64,000 bases of DNA from Octopus sinensis (taxonomy: Eukaryota): the NCBI RefSeq assembly GCF_006345805.1, contig NC_043000.1, positions 76,880,001 through 76,944,000 of the forward strand, given 5' to 3'. Below the pieces are notes generated by a model. That model was not told the origin of the DNA, made no database searches, and saw only the letters and a list, made by a program, of their open reading frames with translations. Shown piece after piece: positions 50,739 through 62,033 of this stretch (position 1 is the stretch's first letter; each line of letters opens with the position of its first letter). The position numbers and the translations under genes are program-made.

Positions 50739-52045
50739 ATGTATAGTATATGTATATTCTTTTAGTAACCATCCAGTGTTTATCTAGATTAAAATGGAAA
50801 GCTGTTAAATTGACCAAATTATCTTATAGAAGTCAAGAAACTAACACTTTGCTTATATAAATAAGATGGTAAATGGTCTTGTATTGTTACTGAGTTAGTT
50901 TAATATTTAGTTGTATAATGGTTAAACAAACAATGGTTAGCAAGTTGGAGCAACAACTTCAATAATTCCACACAAATTATCTTTCTTACTTAAACACCTT
51001 TATTTCTCTTACCAGTTACTCCCACCCTTATATAATGTGAGGTAGCCACATACCTCCTCTACAGCAAACATCTGTTACTGTTCCTTTATCATACTTTCAC
51101 TTTTCAACACCTAATATAGGCCATCTCCCACTTAGTGAAGAGGCTTTTTGTCTCCTAAGTTATTTGCAACCTTGCTAGTGCTGGTACTATAAAAGAAGCA
51201 TCCAGTACACTCTGCAAAGTGGTTGGCATTAGGAAGAGCATTCAGTTGTAGAATCCATGCCAAAGAGATATTGGAGATTGATGCAGTTTCAGTTCATTGG
51301 ATTTTGATGAAACATCCAACCTATGTGAGCATGGATGACAAGTAATAAATGATGAATATGATGATATAAACATCATTGTTCTTTACCATTTGTGTTCATG
51401 AATTCATGATCCAGTAATGATATCATGCAGGTGTTCACTCAGCATAATAAAAATAAGAGCCAAAATCTCTCTCAAATCACACCTTCCCATCTTAGATGAA
51501 GAAAAGACAATGGTTAACAAAATTGTACATTTCCCTAAACAGAAAGGATAGTCAAGGTTGTAATATGCTTCTTTAATCAAGGACAACCAAGGACTAAATG
51601 CTACCACTGTCACTGACAACAGTCTTACATAGATTGTTAAGGTGGCACCAATGTTGTCACTGTGGTTTTGTTAGTAGTAGTGGCAGAGGTGGAGGGTGGT
51701 GGTGATTGTAATAGCAGTGGAGTGGTTGATGTTATTGCACTAGTGGTTGTCATAGTCGGTATTGTGATCATCTTTTTAACCAGCCTATCAACTCATCTGT
51801 ACATGTTGAGATAAGATCTTGGATTTTGTGTCACAAGTTAAAAAGATCTCTCTCCATGACCACTTAGCTTGCCAGACGTCGCAATCAAATGTTCCTCTAA
51901 TCACACTACAATCTTTTAATTAAAAAAAATCACATTTGTCACAACTTTGTTCTCACCTATGAGACACACCCACAAAGGATAAAAACAGAGATAGTGGGCC
52001 AGGTGGATGGGTGATAGGATATATTCAGTTCCAGAAAATGCTTAC

Positions 52046-52243
52046 CATCACAAACTGGGGTTTTTGGAAGCTGGACTTGACTTCCTTCAATCTTATTTCC
52101 AAGTTTATCAGAACACCAACATCTGCTGCCATGACACTGGACTTGTTCATATTCTCCTGACTCAGCACAATTTGGACGGAATGACCCCAGCAATCCTCTA
52201 GAATGTTTGACAAGGTTCCATACACATGGTAACAAATTAGTTC
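52046..52243 (-). CDS. Thyroglobulin type-1 domain exon, GTNLLPCVWNLVKHSRGLLGSFRPNCAESGEYEQVQCHGSRCWCSDKLGNKIEGSQVQLPKTPVCD (probably part of the syndecan)
   Basis: ttttcttttgaattacag acceptor, g|gtaagc donor, 198 nt, phase 1-1; six Cys with P.C...G.Y...QC....CWC.D..G..I.G spacing. Confidence 0.9.
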
Positions 52244-52766
52244 CTGTAATTCAAAAGAAAAGAATACAAAAAAGAAAACTTCAGACATTTGAAAAGTGAA
52301 AATATAGGAAAAATTCTGACGAAAAATTCAAAATATTTTAATAAACATTTATAAATTGCAAGCATACGTGAATGACAACGATAAAAAAAATTCATATATA
52401 TCTAGGATTCAATCTCATTGAGCAAGTGTCTTCCATTATAGCTCTGGGGCCAACCAAAGCTTTGTGGATGGATTTAGTTGATGGAAACTGAAATAAGCCT
52501 ATTGTTTATATACATAGCCACACACATACACATATATCTATGTGAGTATGTCTTTGGTTTTCTCTTCCATCACCACTTGACAACTGGTGTTGATTTGTTT
52601 ATGTCCCCAGTACTTAAGCAGTTCGGCTAGAAGCAGCCAATAGAATAATTACCAGGCTTAAAAGTAAGTACTGGGGTCAGTTTGTTCAACTAAACTCTCC
52701 AAGGTGGTGCTCAACATGGCTGCTGTTCAAAAACTAAAACATGTAAAAGATATATATTATATATAT

Positions 52767-52815
<49 letters not shown>

Positions 52816-53116
52816 TTGCAGCATTTAGAAATTTATTTTATATATATATATATATATATATATTATAGGCAATTATGCAGACAAACACATTAGACACATC
52901 AAATATATTAAAAATAATAAAAAAACATCAAATACAAAATATGTATATATGTATACATGTAAAATGAGAGAAAGCGAAAAGTAGAAACTTTCAGGTGATG
53001 AATTTTTAAGTATAAATATATAGATATATATATTAAGCTGGACCTATAAATATAATATCTATGTATTTATATTTAAAAATTCATTTGAAAGTTTCTATCT
53101 TTTGCCAAGTTTCTGT

Positions 53117-54010
53117 CTTGCATCATCACCATCACCATCACCATCATCACCACCACCATTTAATGTCCGTTTTCCATGCTGGCATGGGTTGGATGATTTG
53201 ACTGGGTACTGGCAAGCCTGCACCCAGCTCCAATCTGATCTGGCAAGGTTTCTACAGCTGGATGCCCTTCCTAATACCAACCACTCCAAGAATGTAGTAG
53301 GTACTTTTTACGTGCTACAGGCACATTCCGATGGTGCTTTTTACATGCACAAGCACAGGAGCCAGTCAGGATAGGGGTACTGGCATAACCATGTTCAGAT
53401 GGTGCTTTTTACATGCCATCGGCATGGGGAGCCAGTCAGGTGGAACTGGCATCAACCCACACATGAATGGTGCATATTGCGTGCCACCAGCACAGGAGCC
53501 AGTCAGGCAGCACTGGCATTAGCCACAACTACAATTACCATTTCGATTTTGATTTGATTGAGATTCTGATTGTGATTTTGATTTTAATGGGCATGTCAGA
53601 GAGCAATCCTGGTATCTTCCATGGTGTTCATGGGGGCCATGGAATTGGTTTCTGAAACGAAGATGGAAGTAGGCTACTGGAGTGCTGTGAAGCAAGCAAC
53701 CTATTAATCTATAACACAAACTTCAGGAAGCCAAATAGCCACCTGGTAACCTATCAATCAGGTGACTTTGCTAACCTGATTTATTTCATCCTCACCAGAT
53801 AGCTGGATGCATGGTTGCTCTTAAATACAAAAATCCTTCCTGGTGAAGAATGTAACCCCCTCCCCCCCAGCATAGTCATTAGTGACTTTAGACTCGAGGC
53901 CAGAAGGATGCCAAGAAGCAGACCAATCCAGAAAAGAAGGATTTCCCATGGTCAGAGATTTAAGGACAACCTCATTGAGAAATTTGATGAGAGGGAGGAG
54001 GCGCTACAGA
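53117..54010. mobile_element. Rearranged RTE: 3'UTR/tail on - (53117-53590) fused to an endonuclease fragment on + (53590-54010)
   Basis: catcat tail and ttttacgtgc repeat units, then a DFNGHV...G.H GG.G.G..N..G.RLLE...N reading. Confidence 0.8.
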
Positions 54011-54246
54011 CTTGTGACATTTTGTATTTGATGTGTTTAATATATTTGATATATCTGATGTATCTAATTTGTTTATCTGCATAATTGCCTCTATGCCCGC
54101 TCATCTTGATCCCTCCTATAACCTTTCTTTACCTTGTGGAATGATCCTCTCTAAAGACAAGTTTGAACCTTTTGAGCACTATTAGGTGTCTTCTGTACAG
54201 AGAATATTTGGATCACATTTGTGAACTATATATATATATATATATA

Positions 54247-54684
54247 TAATTAAGGGTTTAGCAACAAGTTGCTTCACCACATACCAAAAATTTAGAAATA
54301 ACAGTCAAAGACAGCTAATTCTTTTAACTACAAATATGACTCCACAGATAGCAATACTTGTAACTCACATAGGTAAAAAGAAGAAAAAATAATGAAATCA
54401 AACAGTCTACGATTAATTATGTATGCGTTTCGGGATTAGAATTATAAAATTCATTTCCTTCATCAGCATATTTCGAGAATTATAAATTTAAAAATGCTAA
54501 AACCCACCTTTTGCATCTTCAACCAAGCGACAGCGAAACATAACATAAGGTAATCAACATTTCTAAACTTATATAGATGAGTAATTTCATATTTTCCCTC
54601 CAAGATTACCATGGGCATCACAAGATAGTACCAGAGAAAAGAACTGCAGTTTGCTATCAGGGAGTGAAATAATCATTATATAAT

Positions 54685-54690
<6 letters not shown>
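54247..54690 (-). mobile_element. (TA)n-flanked monomer homologous to 27690-28246, carrying a hammerhead
   Basis: Shares aattaagggtt..gcaacaagttgct..accacatacc and tccctccaa.attacca with the reverse complement of the 27.7-28.4 kb repeat. Confidence 0.7.
54418..54470 (-). ncRNA. Type I minimal hammerhead ribozyme candidate with an intact core
   Basis: UAUG-CUGAUGA-A-GGAAAUGAAUU(UUAU)AAUUCUAAUCCC-GAAA-CGCA-UA-CAUA. Confidence 0.7.
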
Positions 54691-54715
<25 letters not shown>

Positions 54716-55435
54716 ATCTTTTATTTGTTTCACTCACTGGCTGTTGGGGCACCACATTAAAGTGTTGCAGTTGAATGAATCTATCCCAGTACTTATTTTT
54801 ATTTGTAAAGCCTGGTACTTACTCTATCAGTCACTTTTACAGAACCACTAAGTTACTAAAATGTAGACAAACCAATATTCATTGTCAAGGGATTTGGCGC
54901 GGGGGGGGGGGGGCGGACGGAACACAAGTACAAAGACATACACACAGATTTATACAATATCCAAGTTAAGCAATCTAAATTTAATTTCATCCCGTACCTA
55001 CCTATCTATCTGCAATTGATCTGATCTTTTAGTTAGCCCTGTTTTATCTCTATTATTATTGTTATGACTTGTGTAATTCAGCCTCACGCCTCGTGTTTTT
55101 TATATGTACATATAGTTCTATAGTTCATCTTAATTATATATCGTTGTCTCATGTCTTGTGTTAAATATATATTTAATCTTATAGCTCGCACTAATTTTAT
55201 CGATCAGCCTCACGCCTTGTAGATATAGAATAAATGTATATATAATTTATAGCTCTTTATCGCTCACGCTTCTCCCATAGATTAGGCAAAATACCTCTCT
55301 CTCAAATTTAGGTATTTATACCTACTAATAACTATTTCTCTACTAAGAAAGGAATGGCTGCCGGTCTTCGCGGTGCACCCGCCCCCCCCTCCACCGGTAC
55401 AGGAAGTCCTAAATTTTCTCATCTTTGTCACCCTT

Positions 55436-55570
55436 GTACACTTCAAAGTCTTACGCCACCCTCACCCCCTACCATAAACGGTAGTGGTCATTCATTGCAA
55501 GATACACTTCAAGTCTTACGCCACCCCCACCTCCTTCCATAAAAGGTAGTGGTCATTCATTGCAAGATAT
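55436..55570 (+). repeat. Two-copy ~65-bp tandem duplication in the RTE 5' region
   Basis: acacttcaaagtcttacgccacc...ggtagtggtcattcattgcaagata repeated. Confidence 0.85.
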
Positions 55571-58500
55571 GTTTAGTGTTGTGTACGGGGTTTGAACTTG
55601 AGTTCTATTGTTTGTCTATGAATCCTGCCAAACGCGAGTTTTCTTTTTAGGTCCATGACGCTACTAGGGCCAATACCACCCCCACCCACACCCTCAGGGT
55701 TGGCACCCTCAACGTTGGCACACTGAAAGGCAGATCTGGCGAGATCGTTGAATTGCTTGAACGGAAGTGTGTTGATATATGCTGCATTCAAGAAGTGAGG
55801 TGGAGAGGAGATTCTGCTAGGTTCCTCACAGGCAAAGGACAGAGGTACAAGATTTTCTGGGCTGGGAATACTGACGGGGTCGGGGGTGTGGGCATGCTTA
55901 TCGCCGAAAAATGGGTAGATAAGGTAATCGAGGTAGTCAGGGTATGTGACAGAATAATTAAGATTAGATTAGTGCTCCATCATAGTTTAGCAACTATTAT
56001 ATCGGCCTATGCCCCTCAGCCAGGGCTACCTGATGGACAGAAAGACTGTTTCTATGACACCCTACTGCAGACCACATCATTGACGAATGACAGGGACCTT
56101 CTCTTTGTGGCTGGTGACTTCAATGGGCATGTTGGACGATGTGCTGGGGGCTTCCATGGCGTGCATGGAGGCTATGGTTATGGTTCCCGCAACGAGGAGG
56201 GAACCAGGCTGCTGGAGTTCTGCGATGCGAATAGTCTTATGGTTTGCAACACTAACTTCAGGAAACCGACAAGCCACCTGGTCACCTACCGATCGGGCCG
56301 GCATACTAGTCAAATCGACTACATCCTTGCGAGAAAAAGGGAAAGATGGCTGCTTATAAATGCCAAAACCTTCCCAGGTGAAGAATGTACCCCTCAACAT
56401 AGACTGGTAGTTAGTGACTTTAGGATCAGGACTAAGAGGACGACTAGAAGACGACCAACATGGAGAAGAAGGGTCTGGAAGCTTAAAGACCCTGCAAATG
56501 GACAGAGATTTAGAGATATGTTACTTGAAGCCTTTGACGAAATAGAAGGGGGTATAGCTACACATGGGGTAGAAGACAACCGGACGCTTCTAAGGGACAA
56601 CTTGCTGAAAGCCACTGACCAGATCTGTGGCTGGTGCAAAGTCCCCTCAAGACCCAAATAATGTGGTGGTGGAAAAATATTGTTGACAGGGCTATTAGAC
56701 AAAAGAAACAGGCTTGGAAGGACTGGAAGAATGGTGGTAGCAGGGAAGTGTATCAGACTGCCAGAAGGGAAGCTAGGAGGCAGGTGTATTTAGCCAGAGG
56801 GGAAGCAGATAAGAAAAAAATTGCCAATGTCCTGCGCCGGGAGGATGAAAGACTTGAGGTATTTCGTGTTGCAAGACAGTGTGTGAGAGAGAATCGTGAC
56901 GTAGTAGGAGAGAAATGTGTTCGCGAGGATGACGGTTCACTTGCTCTAAATGAGGATGCAAAGAGAGAGGTTTGGAGACGCCATTATGAAAGGTTGCTGA
57001 ATAAAGAAAATGAATGGGATAAAGAGAGTCTGCCGAATGTTGACCCAACAGAGGGACCAGCTATCCGAGTTGATAGTTCCGTGGTAGCTAAGGCAATTAG
57101 AAGCATGAAGACAGGGAAAGCCCCAGGCCCATCAGGAATCACTGCAGAGATGCTCAAAATGTCTGGTAGTGTCGGCTATAGCCTAGTCACACGTATAGTT
57201 AACCAGGTGATACACGAAGGAGTCATACCCAATGACTGGTGTAGCAGCATAATAGTCAGCTGCTACAAAGGTAAAGGTGACGCCCTAGATACAAATAACT
57301 ACAGGGGTATCAAGCTGCTGGATCAGGTAATGAAGGTTACGGAGAGGATTATAGCCCAACTAATTAGAGAGAGAATTAGCTTAGATGAGATGCAGTTTGG
57401 GTTCGTGCCAGGGAGAAGTACTACTGATGCTATATTCCTGGTAAGACAGCTGCAGGAGAAATACCTAGCCAAAGATAAGCCCCTGTACCTGGCTTTTGTT
57501 GACATGGAGAAAGCCTTCGACAGGGTTCCCCGATCCCTTATCTGGTGGTCAATGAAGAAACTAGGGATAGATGAATGGTTAGTTAGAGGTGTGCGAGCCA
57601 TGTACAGAGACGCTGCTAGTAAGGTGAGGGTTGGCAACGAGAACAGTGAAGAATTCCGGGTAGAGGTTGGGGTCCACCAAGGTTCAGTCCTCAGTCCCCT
57701 CCTATTTATCATAGTCCTCCAGGCAATAACGGAGGAATTCAAGACAGGATGCCCCTGGGAGCTCCTCTATGCTGATGACCTTGCTCTAATTGCTGAGTCA
57801 CTATCAGAACTGGAGGAGAAGTTCCAGGTGTGGAAGCAAGGTCTAGAATCGAAGGGCCTCAGAATCAATCTAGCCAAAACCAAAGTCCTAATAAGTAGGA
57901 AGGTAGACAAGTCACAAACGCCTTCAGGTAGATGGCCCTGCTCGATCTGTAAAAAAGGTGTAGGTAGAAACTCTATAAGATGCACCAAGTGCAAGCTATG
58001 GACACATAAGAGATGTAGCAATGTCAAAGGAAGGCTAACTAGGAAAATAGTTTTTGTCTGTGGCAGATGCTCAGGAGCAATAAACACTGAAAATGTGCAG
58101 AGACCAACGTCTACATGTTCCAGGGAGAAAAACTAGAAGTAGTTGATAGCTTCCGCTACCTAGGTGACCAAGTCAGTAGCGGGGGTGGGTGTGCTGAAAG
58201 TGTAACTGCTAGAGTAAGAATAGCCTGGGCAAAGTTTAGAGAGCTCTTACCTCTGCTGGTGACAAAAGGCCTCTCACTCAGAGTAAAAGGCAGACTGTAT
58301 GATGCATGTGTACGTACAGCCATGCTACATGGTAGTGAAACATGGGCCGTGACTGCTGAGGACATGCGTAAGCTCGCAAGAAATGAAGCCAGTATGCTCC
58401 GATGGATGTGTAATGTCAGTGTTCATAATCGACAGAGTGTAAGTACCTTGAGAGAAAAGTTGAACCTAAGAAGCATCAGTTGTGGTGTGCAAGAGAGACA

Positions 58501-58785
58501 TCTGCGCTGGTATGGGCATGTGACGAGAATGGGTGAAGATAGTTGTGTGCAAAAGTGCCACACTCTAGCAGTTGAGGGAACCTGTGGAAGAGGTAGACCC
58601 AGGAAAACCTGGGACGAGGTAGTGAAGCACGACCTTCGAACTTTAGGTCTCACCAAGGAAATGACTAGAGACCGAGACCTATGGAAGTATGCTGTGCGTG
58701 AGAAGACCCGGCAAGACCAGTGAGAACAGTCAAAATCAAACCAAATCAACATCAGTGGAAATTGCAGCTGTGGTTAAGCGAACCA

Positions 58786-59336
58786 TCCGATCATTTGTCC
58801 GTTGCCACCCTCGCGTGGCCACCGTGCCGTTGGCACGTAAAAGCACCATCCGCTCGTGTCCGTTGCCAGCCTCGCATGGCCCCCGTGCCGTTGGCACATA
58901 AAAGCACCATCCGCTCGTGTCCGTTGCCAGCTTCGCCTGGCCCCCGTGCCGGTAGCACGTAAAAGCACCATCCGTTCGTGTCCATTGCCAGCCTCGCCTG
59001 GCCCCCGTGCCGGTAGCACGTAAAAGCACCATCCGTTCGTGTCAGTCGCCAGCCTCGCCTGGCCCCCATGCCGTTGGCACGTAAAAGCACCATCCGCTCG
59101 TGTCCGTTGCCAGCCTTGCCTGGCCCCCGTGCCGGTAGCATGTAAAAGCAGCATCCGTTCGTGTCCGTTGCCAGCCTCGCCTGGCCCCCGTGCCGGTAGC
59201 ACGTAAAAGCAGCATCCGTTCGTGTCCGTTGCCAGCCTCGCCTGGCCCCCGTGCCGGTAGCACGTAAAAGCACCATCCGTTCGTGGCCGTTTGCCAGCTA
59301 TGTCTGGTACCTGTGCAGGTGGCACGTAAAAAGCAC
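58786..59336 (+). repeat. 61-bp x 9 tandem array in the RTE 3'UTR
   Basis: Unit catccg(c/t)tcgtgtccgttgccagcctcgcctggcccccgtgccg(tt/gt)(g/a)gcacgtaaaagcac; starts at 58847, 58908 ... 59274. Confidence 0.97.
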
Positions 59337-60169
59337 CCACTACACTCACGGAGTGGTTGGCGTTAGGAAGGGCATCCAGCCGTAGAAACACTGCCAAATC
59401 TGACTAGGCCTGATGAAGCCTCCCGGCTTCACAGACCCCAGTTAAACCGTCTAACCCATGCTAGCATGGAAAATGGACGCTAAATGATGATGATACATAT
59501 ATAAATATATTTGATGGGGTTCTTTCAGTTTCTGTCTACCAAATCCACTCACATGACTTTGGTCAGCCTGAGGCTATATTAGAAGACACTTTCCCAAGGT
59601 GCCATGCAATGGGACTGAACCCAGAACCATGTGTTTGGGAAGCAAGTTCCTTACCACACAGCTACTCCTGTGCCTACATATATATACATATATATACATG
59701 GTACTGAAAAGTTCCTGTCTTTGGGTAAAAGAAAATACCGGAGGATCAGTTAATTATGATTTTATCCAACATATCTTAGATTCACACACTTATTGCAGTG
59801 GCCCTTCAGTTTTTCTAAGCCCTGTAAGAGAACTCAGAAGGTTGGACCTCCACCCAGAGCAGACCTTTTGAGATACCCTTAAAGCCAGGAACATTTCAGC
59901 ACCCTCCTCACATGTGCGCACGCGCACACACACAATGGCCTTCTTCCTGTTTCTGTCTACCAAATACACTCTCAAGGCTTTGATCAGCCTGGGGCTGTTG
60001 TAAAATACATTAGTTCAAGGTGCCACAGTAGAACTGAATTTGGAACTATTTAAATGGGAAGCCAATTTCTTACACACAAGTATGCTTACATCAATATGGA
60101 TGCATTTATTTTTTATTATTACTAATTTTAATTTTCATTATTTATGTGTTATTTTTTATTGTTTATATT

Positions 60170-60760
60170 CCTATACTACACATGCACACTCCCACACACA
60201 CCTGCATGCACGTGCACACTCACCCACATGCCTGCACACCCTTGGCTACACCTAAGCATCCACACACACTTCACCTCATCTCTCTGCTCCTCTCATGCAT
60301 GCACACACATACGTACGTCCATGCACACACATATACCTCCACACACAATGCACATACATACACTTCTACACACTCACACGCACATATATAGAGAGAGACA
60401 CACATTTTCACTCAGTCTATGCACACATGTCAATACACACACACGCCCTTCAGACAGCCTCTGACTCACTATTAACCCTTCCATCTATGCACACACACAT
60501 ACTGCACACTCACCCATTCATACGCCTGTCACTATAGCTGCTGATCTCTCAGAGTGATATCAACACACACACACACAGATCCTACTACACACACAAACAC
60601 AAAGTTAACACCACATCCACAGTCTCACATACATACACTTCCATACACTCACACATACATGTATACACACACATACACACACATTCCCCCTCCATTCACA
60701 CATACACACACCCTTCAGACTGTCTGTGATTTACTATTGACCTTTCCACCCATGCAAACA
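60170..60760. repeat. CA-rich low-complexity/microsatellite tract
   Basis: Degenerate (CA)n throughout. Confidence 0.85.
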
Positions 60761-61808
60761 CACACAAAAAGAACCGTCTGTTTGGTAGGCTTCTATAGCT
60801 TCTGTTCACAGTGGATACTTCCCTAAGGTACTGTGCAATGAGATTGAGCTTGAAACCACAGAGTTGCAGTGTATTCCTTAATCCCATAGCCATGCCCTAA
60901 AAATTATGGCTGCTTGTCATACCTATCTTTTGGTGACGTTAGATAGCCTAGTGGTTAGAGGATAATCTACTCGACAAGATTAAGAGTTAAAAACTGCAAC
61001 AGTTGGTTCAAGGACACAACTTTTTAGTCTACATGAACTCATTTCAGAGAGATCAGTAGATTATAGCAATTGGTAGTGTATAATACCAACTTTGTGTGTG
61101 TGTGTGTGTGTGTGTGTTGTGTGTGTGTGTGTGTGTGCATACATGTATATGTTTACATATATATCTATACATACTGTGTAGATAAGATACACTGTTACTG
61201 GTTTTAGTCATTGTTTCTGCAGTTATACTGAGGAAACACCAAGCATTTTATTTGATCATATTGACAGTATATATCCTGGTTTTTACAATGGGTACCTCAT
61301 ATCTCTGTGCATTATAAATCATAACTAATGGGGCTGGCACCGGATAGAGCATCTAGTCATATAACAGTGCCATAAAAATACCCAACCAAAGTCTGCCAGC
61401 ATGGAAAACTGGATGGAGAAGCATCAATGGTTTTGATTAATCCTGTAACTTGTTTTAGTGAATTGTATTTGCACAGATACGTATATATTTTCATCTTATA
61501 GACAAGTTTATGGCACTAAGGGACAGGATAGATGTAATGAAATGACTTAACCAAGAATTAAGACTATTTTGAGAACTGTGCTTTCATTGGGTACACACAT
61601 ATAGCACATACATATGCATGTATATACACATACACACATTGTGTGGTATGAAGATTTTAGAGTCATTTGACTCACAAAAGTGTATTCCCTTTTTGGAGTG
61701 AAATTCCAGGTTTCCTCAAAATCTTGGAGGAAAAGAACCCCCCAAAAAACAACAAAACCCTGAAGGAAACCATCAATAACAAAAATCTAATTAAAATTAA
61801 AAACTTAC

Positions 61809-62033
61809 CCTTTCGGCAGTCAGGTTTAGTATCTGTCAACTTGGTGCCATTAATTAGCTTCCCATCTAGAGACACACACCAACAGGCATTTATCATGCAC
61901 TGCATTTTCTTGTACTCTCCTATGCTTGTACACTGAGGGAGATACTCTTCACTACGATTTAGATTCTGTTTGTAGTGTTTCTGGCAGTGAGTCAGGGCCT
62001 TAATCATGGGTGCATCAGTAACAGTGGTGATTT
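61809..62033 (-). CDS. Thyroglobulin type-1 domain exon, ITTVTDAPMIKALTHCQKHYKQNLNRSEEYLPQCTSIGEYKKMQCMINACWCVSLDGKLINGTKLTDTKPDCRK (probably part of the syndecan)
   Basis: Long polypyrimidine + cag acceptor, g|gtaagt donor, 225 nt, phase 1-1; six Cys with YLPQC...GEY...QC....CWCV..DG motif. Confidence 0.9.

Larger units (their letters stand above)
55340..59494 (+). mobile_element. Near-full-length RTE-clade LINE (APE endonuclease + RT + PHD-like finger; two frameshifts near 56660 and 58115)
   Basis: ORFs 55753-56661 (QEVRW, GDFNGHVG, QIDYIL), 56634-58136 (QFGF.PGRST, FVDMEKAFD, GVHQGSVLSP, YADD) and 58115-58723; (TGA)n tail; 5' boundary approximate. Confidence 0.97.

Noticed and set aside
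51640-51800. Minus-strand Thr/Pro-rich reading (LVKKMITIPTMTTTSAITSTTP...) as an extra syndecan stalk exon
   Set aside because: The available acceptors give a stop in the required phase 1 (...WLKR*), and no phase-compatible donor exists; it looks like ordinary low-complexity intron.
55260-55420. HDV-like ribozyme at the RTE 5' end, as known for some RTEs
   Set aside because: I could not assemble the nested double pseudoknot by eye; it needs a descriptor search.
58786-59336. CRISPR-like array, or the protein-coding ORFs across it
   Set aside because: The units are contiguous near-identical repeats with no unique spacers, and the context is a eukaryotic LINE 3'UTR; the ORFs are by-products of the repeat.
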